A stretch of DNA of 64,000 bases, taken from assembly GCF_006345805.1 (NCBI RefSeq), contig NC_042998.1:65224001-65288000 (forward strand). The letters run 5' to 3'. Origin of the DNA: Octopus sinensis (taxonomy: Eukaryota). The first letter of the stretch is position 1. Every line of letters begins with the position of its first letter. The notes under the pieces were generated by a model. That model had not been told where the DNA came from. It ran no database searches and saw only the letters and a list, made by a program, of their open reading frames with translations. Both the position numbers and the translations under genes were made by a program. Of the stretch, positions 39,791-53,288 are shown one piece after another.

Positions 39791-39972
39791 AGGCGCAGGA
39801 GTGGCTGTGTGGTATGTTTACGTCCTCGTAACTTAGCGGTTCGGCAAAAGCGGCCGATAGAATAATTACAAGGCTTACAAAGGATAAGTCCTGTTGTCGA
39901 TTTGCTCGAGTAATGGTGGTGCTCCAGCATGGCCACAGTCAAATGATTGAAACAAGTAAAAGAGTAAAAGAA
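39791..39972 (+). mobile_element. Internally deleted tRNA-derived SINE
   Basis: Head aggcgcaggagtggctgtgtggta joined directly to the 3' half ending gtgctccagcatggccacagtcaaatgattgaaacaagtaaaaga; compare 46211-46652. Confidence 0.85.
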
Positions 39973-40721
39973 TATAGACTTGGTCTAGTATGGTTTTCCT
40001 TACACTTCAGAATATATCAATTGTTTTTTTTCACCTCCAAAAACAAATTCGACAGAGATTCGAAAGGTTAATAAAGCTGGCTATTAATAAAAAAGGATAT
40101 TAATAACATATTTACATTTGATGTTGATTGTGCAAAGAGACCTTTTTCTATAAATGTTCCCAATCGTCTTCATATCAAAGCAAGGAGAACCGGATTGGGG
40201 AATGACTCAGTATAATATACGAAAAAATTCATGCATACGTACACACATACACGCAAATACACATACACACACACGTATATATATATATGCATACATACAT
40301 GCATAATCACATGCATCCATGGATGTATATATGCATACAGAGATGCAACATTCAAGCATACATATATGTATAAAAACGTAAAAGCATGCATTTTTCCATC
40401 CATACTTACATACAAGCATACATATTATATACACACGTACATACATATAAACATGCTGGTTTACATAAACATATCTATGCATACATAGGTAAATACAAAT
40501 ATTCATGCTTGTTTACATACACACATAAATATATGCATACATACATGAATGCATGCACGCATACTTATAAGCATGCATACATACATACAAGCATATATAA
40601 ATACATGCTTGCATGCATACATACAGAGATAACTGCCTGGATATATATATATGCAAGCATACGTATATACATGCATACATGCATAAATACATACATGCAG
40701 GAATACATGCATACATATATA

Positions 40722-40952
40722 TTTATTTATCTATATTCCACAGGGTGCTAGATATAGAGGGGGCAAACAAGGGCAGACAAAGGGATTAAGTCGATTACAT
40801 AGCCCCCAGTGCATAACTGCTACTCATTTAATCGACCCCGAAAAGCTGAAAGGCAAAGTCAACATCGGCGGAATTTGAATTCAGGGCGTAGCAGCAGACG
40901 AAAGAACGCTAAGCCTTTTGTCCGGCGTGCTAACGATTCTGCCAGCTCGCCA
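40722..40952 (-). mobile_element. SINE (ggcgagctggcagaatcgttagcacgccgg head)
   Basis: Reverse complement shows a tRNA-like head and the family body and tail. Confidence 0.8.
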
Positions 40953-41044
40953 CATACAGACATACATAATGATTGCTTCATCTTTACAGATGATAACAAT
41001 CCCATCAACACAAACACGCACATAGCTAATCATATCGTATAATC

Positions 41045-41360
41045 ACTCCGTTGATGAGCCCTCAGATGAATCTTAAGACCATCTGCTGTCTAACGAGATT
41101 TAAAACACAAGTGACAAATATTCAACTATCTTCCATATCATTGCATTGTTAAATTCCATTCTGAAGAAATGTTTTAGCATATGTCGTAAGTCCAGGTATT
41201 GTCTTACAAGATTTGTGACATATTGCACAAGTGGAAATAGGCCGTCCATGTTCAAAATTATGATCTACCTGGGCATTTCGATTTTCATGTGACTTCATAT
41301 GATTCAGGTATCTTGCGTTTGACAACGGAACACGATCACGCATAATACATATCGAACATA
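41045..41360 (-). pseudogene. Decayed cluster of three C2H2 zinc fingers
   Basis: CIMRDRVPLSNARYLNHMKSH, CAICHKSCKTIPGLTTYAKT, and CHLCFKSR*TADGLKIHLRAH (exact C-x2-C-x12-H-x3-H spacing in the third). Confidence 0.65.
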
Positions 41361-41574
41361 CATACGTACATACATACGTACGTGGTGAGAATTTACAAAA
41401 AAACAAAAAGACGAAGACGGGTGTGTAAATAACAAACAGACGTATGCATTACATACATATATACATACATACATACATACATACATACATACATACCTAA
41501 TTCATACATACATACATACATACATACATACATACATACATACATACATACATACATACATACATGCATACAGG

Positions 41575-42215
41575 AATAGGAAATATCAACCAAGTACCTT
41601 CTGCACAAAAAGGGAGAGAGATGCAGGAAAAAACAATAAAATGTGAAAAACAATGCAGACTTTGTGGAGTTCACACGGAAGATATCATCCACATCAAAAG
41701 AACTTTCCGAAATTGTAATCACTGAATTATCTACCGATGAGACTTGACGTTGTGGCTAGGACACTCTATAATGAAATCCATCGGAAGAATAATCACGAGG
41801 ACAAAGAAATAACCCACAATATGGTAAACATCATAGCCACTCATAATAAGGAATACTAGTGAAGTGCCCCAGTGAAGACGTCAATAAAACTTAAGCACAA
41901 CAGACCTGATATAAGGATTTGAGATAGAGAAGAGAAACTGTGCACAGCTGCGGAAATTAACTGCTCAATGGATACATACGTAAAGCTGAAGATCAGTGAA
42001 AAAGAGAACACTTATGCTGGAAATTTAAGAAATCTGCTGTTACTCTCTCTGTAATTATTGGAGTCCTGGGATATTTAATACACTGCCCAGATATCAATCT
42101 TGAGAAATTAGGCTTCTCAAAAGCAGAAAAGCGAAAGCTAATTCGAAGACTATAGATCCAATCCATCAGTGGAACTGTAAAGTTCTGTACAACATTCCAG
42201 AATGTTAGCATATAA
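41575..42215 (+). mobile_element. 3' fragment of a second RLE-type LINE family (CCHC knuckle + restriction-like endonuclease)
   Basis: CRLCGVHTEDIIHI; YLPMRLDVVARTLYNEI; KHNRPDIRI*DREEKLC...EINC...KISEKENTY; IIGVLG. Confidence 0.75.
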
Positions 42216-42363
42216 TTATATATGAGCGTGTCTAGATATGCAATTATATGCATGAGAATACATGCATAAAACATACAAATCCATACATACATGCATACAT
42301 AGATACCTATATACATACATACATAGACATATACGTGCATACGTACATACATACATACATACA

Positions 42364-42396
<33 letters not shown>

Positions 42397-43423
42397 GCAA
42401 AAATACCCTGTTGTTGATGTTGAAATTCTAATGCAGGGGCTTTGAATCTACGTTAGAAACCGGTTCCTTATTGGCACGAAATCTTGAAATAAACTGAATA
42501 ATGACATGCATACGTACTCAGGAATAATACCGACTTTTCAACCTTATATCAGTTAATGGTTAATTTCTTCGTATTACACAGGGGAAACACCTTTTACTTG
42601 CCAACATTAGTATTCTTTTAACGGGATTTTAAATAAAAATTGTAACCCGTGAAATTTAGCGAGAACGCTTACGACTGAAACTTAGAACAACCGCACTGAT
42701 GAAAAGAACATATGTGCATCTCCATACAATGATATTTCAAGTGTTTTCAGGAAAAGAAAGCGTATATTCGAAATGAAATCTGTAAGTGGAACAGTAAAAA
42801 TATGCAAAATTATTCTCAAGTTTTGTATATGAATTTGCTTTTGTTATCTACATTCCAACGGCGCAGCTTTCCATCTTTACAAGAAACTTCATCCTCCATA
42901 AATGGAAAGCTTCCAGGTATCACAGACTGAAAAAATACATATACTTATATCCATGTATACATACATACCTGAATGAAAACAAACACACACACACATACAT
43001 ACTTACATACACACACATACATATATATATATATGTGTGTGTGTGTGTGCGTATATATACAGAGAGAGAAAGAGAGAGAAGGAAAGAGAGATACTACGCT
43101 CATATCTTGATACGTGTAAATGTTTGTGTCTATTGTTATATGTTTTCATTAACCTTAATTTGTTTTTTAGATCAACTTTGTTGAAATGTTGCTTCTTTTT
43201 TCATATTTGCGGTTAATTTCCTCAAAACCTGCATGAGTTTCACTCACCGTTTCGATTTCTATACGTTATATTCATACTGTTTCTTTGACATCCTTCCGTC
43301 TTGCCTCTGTTATGTATATACACATATTCATTACTCATTTTAAATCATTCTTTCATCCATAGATCTAATTTTCACGCAGATCTCAACAATACATGAAGAT
43401 AATATATATATATATTATATATA

Positions 43424-43475
<52 letters not shown>

Positions 43476-43913
43476 ACATATATCCACACGCACACACTCC
43501 CTTATAAATATACATGTATATTCGTATATATATATAATTAAATCTTAAGAGATGCTTGAAAATGTGAATGTGAAATATGTTTGCAGTTGGGCGCACACAT
43601 AATCACACTCACAATGACACACACTTTTATACACAGAAATACACATATTGAAACACATGCGATATTTTATATCATATATTTGTTATGTATACATAAGATA
43701 GCAGAAAAAAATAAACTTTATAATTTGGAAATATTTGAGTGGATGCTGCCAGTGTGTGTGTTTGTCTATGCATGCATCAATTTTTTACAATTTTATTTCA
43801 ATACGTCTCTTCTCATATATATATATAACCTTATGATAACCAGAAGCTATCTACTCGCATGCACTCAGATTTGTTTTTGTATATAGAAGCATACAACGTA
43901 TGCATTCTCTTTG

Positions 43914-43959
<46 letters not shown>

Positions 43960-44101
43960 ACACAGACACGCGCACACGCGCCCATGAATATGGATATCAG
44001 AATATAAAATAAGGAAATCTACTTAAAATATTTAGAGACATTCAATATAAGGAGTTTTTAATTCAGTGTGTTTATGTGTGCCTTTCTCTCCCTCTCCCTC
44101 A

Positions 44102-44147
<46 letters not shown>

Positions 44148-44310
44148 CTATATATATAATATATAATATATATATATATGTTTGTGTGTGTTTGTACATG
44201 TTTGCAATAATGTATACATTCATTTGTACGTTTGTTTATATCGCTCCAATGACAGATGAGTGCTTGTACATGAATATATATATATATATTATATATATAT
44301 ATATATTATA

Positions 44311-44343
<33 letters not shown>

Positions 44344-45229
44344 ATGTATATATATATATAGAGAGAGAGAGAGAAAGAGAGAGATAGAGAGAGAGAGGGA
44401 GAAAGGGAGATATACAGGCTGGCAGAGCAGTTTATATACATATATACTTACACACACACATTTATATATATATTCATAATCATATATGTGTGTATACTCG
44501 TATATGTGTGTGTGTGTGAGTTGGCAGGCACATTTATAAGAATCAATACGCATAGAATGAATAGATGTTGTCTTAGGTAAATAAAGACACAACTAACCTG
44601 GTAATATATATCTCTATATTTAAGATATACATTTTTTTATCTTTTTAAAATTGTAATGTATATTTATTTACAGTATATCTGTAAACATTTCTTCGCAATT
44701 TCACAGATGAGTGCTTCGTGTAATGAAGACTATCTCATAAAGATATATTTTAAAAGACGGTATACCGTATAACATATTCTTCAAAGAATTTGTTGAAAAA
44801 GAGGAAATTAGTTTGAGAAGTACTTTCAGCATTTATTTACTTTTCAAGTAGCCAGATGTCATAAGTGAATGAATACGATATGTCTGAAACATGGTGTGCC
44901 TGACTGTTTGCTTTAGTTTCATATTTCTTATACAATTCTGTGTTTAACCTGAACATGACATAATATATTTATCTCCAAATTACACTTCGACGTACAAAAA
45001 ATCGTCGGCATATTTATATAACCTCATGCCTTATGTTGTTACTAATACGCATTTTTCACTGCACAAGTTTTTTAAATATTAATAAAAATGCAATGCGTTC
45101 GCATTCATAATTTAGAACAAATATTGCGGTGTTTATTTCCTATACAATTAGGCTTTAATTTAACGAATACAGAGAATTAATTTTATATGTATACACATAT
45201 GAATGTTATATATGTGTGCGTCTATGCAT

Positions 45230-45660
<431 letters not shown>

Positions 45661-45713
45661 TAATTTCGAACTACCGGTCAATTATGACTTGAAATGTATA
45701 TTTAGAAAGACTG

Positions 45714-46090
45714 CAGCTTCTCGTAAATGGATGAATACAAGGAGGGAAAGCTACATTGAAGACAGTACCATGGTTTCAAATTTCGGCAGAATGCCAGCAA
45801 ATTTACTGAGGGAAGATGAATTCAATTACGTTGCACCCGGTGCTCAACTGATATTTATCTTATCGGGCAAAACAGGAGGAAAGGATAAGATGAAATGAAA
45901 ACTTAAGAAACCTTAAGAAATGAAGCGAAGAATTTCGTCCGTTGTGCAAGCAGTTCTGACAGGTTGCCCCCTTACTTCCGCTTATGTAATGAAAGGAAAT
46001 TATAATCGACCTGTCTCGATTCAGAAGGCACAGACAAAAGAAGTAACTATATTTTCCTGTACATATTTCTACACACACACACACGTGTAT
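45714..46090 (-). repeat. Inverted duplication arm 1 (old SINE plus unique flanks)
   Basis: Reverse complement aligns with 47468-47846 over the whole length, including both SINE flanks. Confidence 0.85.
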
Positions 46091-46124
46091 ATATACATAC
46101 ATACATATATACATACATATATGC

Positions 46125-46173
<49 letters not shown>

Positions 46174-46210
46174 CATATATACATATATATATGTATGTAT
46201 ATATATATAT

Positions 46211-46371
46211 AGGCGCAGGAGTGGCTGTGTGGTAAGTAGCTTGCTTACTAAACATATGGTTCCGGGATTATACCCACTGAGTGGCATCTTCAGTACATGT
46301 CTTCTACTATAGCCTAGGGCCGACAAAACCCTGTGAGTGGATTTGGTGGAAGGAAACTGAAGAAAGCCGTC

Positions 46372-46409
<38 letters not shown>

Positions 46410-46652
46410 ATATATATATGTATATACATATATGTGTGTGTGTATGTGTGTGCATGTTTGTATCTCTGTGTTGTCACCCAACATCGCTTCACAATGGATG
46501 TTGGTTCATTTATGCCTCCGTAAATTAGCGGTTCGGAATATGAGTCCGATGGAATAAGTACTAGTTCTGTGGGCGATTTGCTCGGCTAAGCGTGTTGCTC
46601 CAGAATCGCCGCAGTCAAATGACTGAAACAAGTAAAAGAGTAAATGAGTAAG
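46211..46652 (+). mobile_element. Full-length tRNA-derived SINE with internal (TA)/(TG) tract
   Basis: Head aggcgcaggagtggctgtgtggtaagtagcttgctt; tail gctccagaatcgccgcagtcaaatgactgaaacaagtaaaagag. Confidence 0.85.
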
Positions 46653-46660
46653 AGCAAAGA

Positions 46661-46734
<74 letters not shown>

Positions 46735-46735
<1 letters not shown>

Positions 46736-47113
46736 TAGCAGTATCGCCCGGCGTTGCTCGGGTTTGTAAGGGAAATAACTATAAAGCATTTTTAGAGAGT
46801 TATAGCCAAAAAATAGAAAAAAATGGAAAAAAAATTATGGTAAATATTTTTGAGAGTTAAAAAGGTCGAGTTGCGTCCCCTAGACAGTCTGTGGTTTGTG
46901 TTTCTGATTCTCGACCCCATGTCGAATTTATCGATTTTTTTCAGAACTGGGGGAACTTTTCAAAATTTTCGCTGCGTTAGTTTTGAATTATGACATTGGG
47001 CTATGTGTGTGTCAAGTTTCATCAGAATCGGTTGAAAGCCATGGTCAGGGTGAGGGTACAACCTGACAGACACACAGACACACAGACAGACAAACTGCCG
47101 TTTATATATAGAG

Positions 47114-47114
<1 letters not shown>
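46735..47114 (-). mobile_element. Non-autonomous Helitron (380 bp)
   Basis: On the minus strand: 5' TC, 3' hairpin CCCG-AGCAACGC-CGGG followed by CTAG; inserted between A and T with no TSD; internal (CAGA)n tract. Confidence 0.85.
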
Positions 47115-47144
<30 letters not shown>

Positions 47145-47154
47145 CATATATATA

Positions 47155-47399
47155 CCGGAGTAAACACATAAATGTGAAACAAGGTGGAAAAAGAGTACTC
47201 AAATACCAGTGGTAGAGTAATATGCTTTATTTAAAGCAGCAGAAAATTCAACAAAACCTGTAACTCTGAGTTTCCGTTGCCGGCAACGGGAGACTCAGAG
47301 TAACAGGTTTTGTTGAATTTTCTGCTGCTTTAAATAAAGCATATTACTCTACCACTGGTATTTGAGTACTCTTTTGAAATTGCTGCTGCTTTAAATAAA

Positions 47400-47400
<1 letters not shown>
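47155..47400. mobile_element. Snap-back palindrome of a Penelope-type 3' tail
   Basis: Arms 47189-47281 and 47282-47375 with no spacer, two mismatches and one indel; flanked by (TA)n. Confidence 0.85.
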
Positions 47401-47467
<67 letters not shown>

Positions 47468-47473
<6 letters not shown>

Positions 47474-47846
47474 GTGTGTGTGTGTGTGTGTGTGTGTGAG
47501 TATGAATATGCACAGAAAAATATTTTTTTAATTTTGAGTGTGCCTTGTGAGCCGAGTCAGGTCGGTTATAAGTTCCTTTCATTCTGTACGCGGCAGTAAG
47601 GGAGCCAGTTGTCAGAACTGCTTGCAGAACGGATAAAATTCTTAGCGGCATTTCTTCCGGGTTCTTAGGTTTCAATTTCAAATTTCGCTGAGGTCATCTT
47701 ATCCTTTCCTCCCGTTCTGCCCGATAAGATAAATAGCAGTTGAACACCGGATGCAACATAATCGAATTGACCCTTCCGAAATTTGAAACCATGATAGTGT
47801 CTTCAATTTAGCTTTCACTCCTTGTGGTGATCCAGTGGATAAGCTG
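47468..47846 (+). repeat. Inverted duplication arm 2
   Basis: Aligns with the reverse complement of 45714-46090. Confidence 0.85.
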
Positions 47847-48152
47847 TCGTAGGATCGCGGTTTCGATTCCCATAACGGGCGTTGTGAGTATCTATTGAGC
47901 AAAAAGACCTAAAATTTCCACGAGAATTTGGCAGTGTGTTGGCGAACCCTGATGAAATATTTCACCACAACTTTCTCTCACTCCTTCCTATTTCTTTTGT
48001 ACCTCTATTTCAAAGGGCCAGCTTTGCCACACTTTGTGTCACAATGAATCTCACTGACAACTACGTTAAGTGTACATGTTAATGTCACGAGCAGGCTGTT
48101 CCATTGATCAGATCAACCGGAACACTTGTCGTCGTAACAGAGGGGCTGCCAC
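47847..48152 (+). mobile_element. 5'-truncated tRNA-derived SINE
   Basis: Starts at tcgtaggatcgcggtttcgattccc (B-box); colinear with 24924-25303. Confidence 0.8.
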
Positions 48153-48228
48153 GGAATTTTAGCCCCTAAAAATCATAATAAAATATCGTATACCACTCTA
48201 GCCTGGATCCACTCATTACTGACAAATC

Positions 48229-48441
48229 TCACGGGCTACGAGTAAACATTTCCTGCACTGTTGCTACGTTCTCCGCTGATCGGGTATTGGTTGGACGGCC
48301 ACTTCTTGCATTGTTTACAGAGGCCGTGATCATTAGCTTGTAATGACAACTTTGTATTGCCTCCGGACGTAGGGTTGCATGCTTACCTTTCCCTGCACGC
48401 CACCGTCTTTTGAACCAAAACAATGGAATTGCACACTTCAC
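48229..48441 (-). mobile_element. Tc1/mariner-superfamily transposase N-terminal remnant
   Basis: ASVNNARSGRPTNTRSAENVATVQEMFTRSP matches the RSGRP linker and S-P segment between the two HTH units of Tc1/Tc3-like transposases. Confidence 0.65.
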
Positions 48442-50092
48442 AGCGTACTGCTATCTTAGCTCGCTTCTAATGAGTCAAGCGACCGGCCGTCCCGAAAATA
48501 AATAAGAAATATGATAATAAGAAAATAAGAAATTCCGTTAGTGTTGTATGTTTAAAAAATATTTTTTGGGTGACTTAAGTGATACTAAACATTCTATAAG
48601 CTATTCTAAATGCCTAGTTACTTCCCACCGGAAGAGCATTAACTTATATAGAACTCAATACATTCACTAGCATAAATAAATCTGTTTAATGCATGGAAAT
48701 ATCAGCAGTTTATCCAGAGTTCTGCTGTGAACAACTCTATCCAAACGGAAATATAATTTGGAGCTGGCAATCAGTGTTTGATATAATAAATTAAACCTTC
48801 AAACTAAAACGCCATATCTACTTCGTTTGAGAGGATTATATACGTGTATACTTTAGAATCCTAAATGATAGAATAGTGGAAATAGTTTTATAGTAAATCA
48901 TTGCTGCTAGTATTTATTGTTTTTTTCTATATTCTTCATTTTATCCGTCTTCATGATACGAAGTCATTGAGATTCAACTAGTGTTATTTTTTTTTTCCTT
49001 AAGTTCATTCCTGTGTTTGTGAGATACACTGTCGCATAATTCTAATTTTGTTGCTTATTTATTGTACGGCTTTAAACAGCATAGGCCGCTTAAGCACTAA
49101 CCGATTATTGAAAACACTTTATACTTTGGCTTCTATATATATATATTTACAGGCATATATACACTCCGATACTCTTCTTGAAGTCAATTTTCAATAAAGC
49201 AAAATTTTACCGGATGTTTATAAACTGGTAGAATCTAGAGGGGCGACCAATTTACGTTTTCCTATTTAGCATCTTTTTATATTAATCCTCCTAGAATTGC
49301 TAACATTAAGAAAATGACTTCTGGTTATGCAATACTGGAGGAGACCGATTCTATTACAGGTTTTTCTTTTCAAACAACATTATTCTATAGAACATTCTCG
49401 TTTCTGAAAACATTTGCCGAAAGTAATTTGTGTTGAAATGTTTGCAACAGTGTATCAAATGACGTAATCTACAACGAAAACCATGATGACATTTAGCTGT
49501 AGCAATATGGTGTAAGCAATGTTATTTCCTTAGAATCAGCAGAATTTCGGAAGTGTTTCTCAGAAGCATCTCCTGATATATATATGTTCATCGATAGTCT
49601 TTATCTGCCTTACGTGTTCACTGTTAGAGCGCACTGTCGTGGTATGTGTTGATGCATTTCTGTCTGATAGAAGCTTAATAAATTTTTATTTCACATATTT
49701 CCGATTTGTTTTCCACATTCTTTGCCTTATACTTCATTTTCTTAAATTCTATCCTATCAGACAACGTCTCCACTGACATTATGCTGACCCTTCAATTTTC
49801 CATAAGTGTAATATCCCAGGCTTCAATACAATGTAATCTAGTCTACTATCCGCAACTGCAATGATTCACTGAACATAGATTCCGTTTACATTTGCTAAGT
49901 ACTACACATATCAAAAGAAGATATGACGGCATCTTGAAAATTTCAGCATGAAAGGAAGTAAAAATAGTATCTGTAGTTATTCAAAACGCTTAGCATTCGT
50001 ATTATTGAGGGAAAATCATGGCGAATGCATGACTTAATATTATTAAGATTGTAACCAAAAGAAAAGTAATTCCTTTCAGAATCGTAACATAC

Positions 50093-50218
50093 TTTATAAG
50101 CCAAGTGATTAGCCGATGACAAATCGCAGTTGACTATCTCATGCACATTATTGATTTTATCAATTTTGTCACTGATGATCTCTTCACCATCAATGTAAAG
50201 TGATGGCAATTGTAAATG
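50093..50218 (-). CDS. Candidate 126-nt symmetrical internal exon (HLQLPSLYIDGEEIISDKIDKINNVHEIVNCDLSSANHLAYK)
   Basis: Long T-rich tract then GAG acceptor (uncommon), open phase-0 frame, AAA|GTATGT donor. No family recognised. Confidence 0.3.
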
Positions 50219-50499
50219 CTCGTAAAAAGATAACAGTAAAATGAATTTATAAAGAAAATATATAAAAAATGATAAGTATGTTATTCTTCATCGCGTAGTG
50301 TCGTCATCTTTTGATGGCTAACTCATAATCATTGAGAAGTTAACATAGTTCTTGTCTCTAACTTATACTTTGTGTCACTAATTTATGCTCCAAACATAAA
50401 TTGCTGCATTGTCCTGAACACAATGGTATAAACGACCGTGTACATAGAAATATATTTCTATACAAAGGCTTACTTCTCTACGTTATGGACCCATCTTAC

Positions 50500-50651
50500 A
50501 TAATCAAAGGAATAATTGCTGACGGCATCTTAAAGAAACTGCTGGCAGTGTAGTTTCTCAATTTAAAATAAAGTTTCTGTGAGTAGGTTACGACTGAAGT
50601 ACCATTGGTTGTACGCCCTCTTATACAAATTTGCACGGGGTTAAGCTGCGT
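50500..50651 (-). CDS. Candidate internal exon (TQLNPVQICIRGRTTNGTSVVTYSQKLYFKLRNYTASSFFKMPSAIIPLI)
   Basis: ttttgatttttgttgctacag acceptor, one open frame, AT|GTAAGA donor; two N-x-T sequons. Confidence 0.3.
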
Positions 50652-53207
50652 CTGTAGCAACAAAAATCAAAACACCAATAACACAAATGTCTCCACCAAA
50701 GAAATAGAATTTTCAAACATATGTTACACGTCGAAATCGATTTCTTTCGCCATTATCTGCCTTCTATTCGATAGTCTACCCAGACAACTGTAACAAATTT
50801 GAGTCATTAAAGACATTTACAATTAAGAAAAAAGTTTTAATTTCTTTTTTACATAACCCAGTACGGTTCCCAGGTCGAGGATATTCCATTTGTAACCATG
50901 CAATCTTATCTTTTTCCATTTCCATGTCTAATACTATATTAGCAACTACATTTCTTCTTCACTGTGAATGCATATGAACTAATGATTACAATAGTGAGGT
51001 CAACATTTGAAAGTCGTGTATTCGACTCTTGGACTTAAGAATCCCAAGATGGTGTCTCCCTGTCATTGCAACAACAGTATCACTCGCAGTCTTTAGAAAA
51101 TGCTATAGACGATATCGCATGATGCTCGCTTAAAAGTTAAGCTCAGTTCCTTAAAATGATTTATTATTCAATGTGAACTAATAATTTTTATTGATTGGAC
51201 AACAAATTGGTGAATCTCCCTCACTGCTGTTCAGTAAATTTTAAATTTTATTATACTATTCTTCATCATTTCAAAACTATACGATGTATTACTAAATCTT
51301 TCGTTCAAAATCTTATATTTCTATCATGATATTGAAAGAAAAGAACGTTATTATTTTCCTTTCATCAAGAACTGAAACATATATAGGAAAAGCAAGATTA
51401 TTTTCTTCGTCAATATTTTAAATCTTACGTTTACGTAGACATTGAAATATAGTTATATTATCTTAGTATTCATCACACATTAGCAAACTTAAGACATTCT
51501 TCAGCTTTGAACAACGTGAAACAGCGCCTATAGATGAAAAATCTTAGAATAACAGATACATTTTAGATTCGTTTCTGCAAACTTTTAACTGAACCACCAA
51601 CAGATAATAAATTTAGTCGAAATATGATTACAATACAATTATAAACTAAAATTTTAATACATCTCTGCATAAGGATCCAAACATGGAACATCTAATTGTT
51701 CTATGTCCATGCATTCGCAGTGAAAATGTTTATAAACATATTGTCGGGTGGTTTATATGTAATATAATTTTTTATGGGATGATGAGTGAAGAAAATAATT
51801 TTTCAGACATGTATAAGTACTTCTTGCCATATACTTTGCATTCTGGATAAAGTCAATGTTAAAAGAGAGGATTAAATGAACATCGTAAAACATAGCTTTC
51901 TCTACAAAATTAAACAATTTAGTGTAGTGTCTGTTCCTATGTGCAATGTTTCTATCCCGCCCCTCACATTCCTACACATACATGGCGTGCAAAATATACA
52001 CTTTATGTACCACTTTATTATCCCCTCTGTAAATTTACCTGGTTATTGTATGTATCGAATCTTTCATCGGTAGAGTTTCTGCAAAATTGATGAGTTTCGG
52101 GATGCGAATGTGAGTGCATATGTGTGTATGCGTCTATGTGTGTGAGTGTGTGTATGTTTTTCCATACGCAATCTCGCATGTGTGTCTACTCGTGTGTTTT
52201 TATACCTGCTTCCGTTTGGAAGTATAAGTCTATATATATGCCTGCATATCCATACGGATATATTTGCATATCTCTTTTTGTCTGTTTATCTGCCTGTGTA
52301 ACTGCCTGTCTGTCTATCTGTCTGTCTCACTTTCCTCTCCCTCTCTCACTTTACTCCTCTGTCTCCCTCTCCATTCCCTATAAATCGATATCTATAAAGC
52401 TGAAATGCGAAAAATTTGTTTGTCTCATTTTGGAATGGGAACAGCTGAAGGGGAAATAGATGGGGTCGGATTGGCGCCACAATTTACAGAGGCATGTAAA
52501 AAGAGGCAAGGAAGCGACTGGACTAGGTTAGAAATCACTATCTCAGAAGATGTGGTTACTAGGGCAACAAAACTCAGACTTTCACAAGCGTTCGTCGTTT
52601 CTCTCTTTCGGATATAATCTTGTCTTCCTCGATATCTCTCTCTTTCCTCCCTTCTCTCCAATTTCATTATATAACGACGTTTGACAGCCTTCGTCGTCTC
52701 TCTGTCACTCTTTCCTCCACCACCTCTCTCACTGTACTCAAACCTATTACAGCAAGTTGGGATTGAACTTAACAGACTTCTAGCATTATGAGAGGTATTT
52801 GGCCACAAGCAACACCAGCAACGAGGGACACTGCCCTTCCCCCCAACCTCGTTCATGCTGAAGATCTGCAGACTTATTAAGGACACTTTTTCATTTGGAA
52901 AACCGCTCCACCTTTAACTCAAATACTATACCTAAAAACGTAATCTATAACCCTAACCCTAAATCGCGTTGCACAAAAGACAGGTGTGATCTCTTCCATC
53001 CTAAACTGTGTTAGAATTCCCTACTGCTAAGGATATGCCAGAGCCTGGAATGGAGATACCACCATCTGAAAGGCACAAGACGAACGAAAGCTATACAGCA
53101 AATGGGAGGTGCGATAAAAACGAAATACAGCCCAGACAAGAATAACTTCCGACCAGGATGAGCCATGATACCACAAAATTTGACTATAAAATATATTCTA
53201 CACATTG

Positions 53208-53270
<63 letters not shown>

Positions 53271-53288
53271 ATTATATATATATATATA

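Noticed and set aside
52425-52963. 153-aa minus-strand ORF and an AACCCTAACCCTAAA telomere-like motif
   Set aside because: The ORF runs through a purine-rich low-complexity tract, starts at TTG and has no domain; the motif has only two units.
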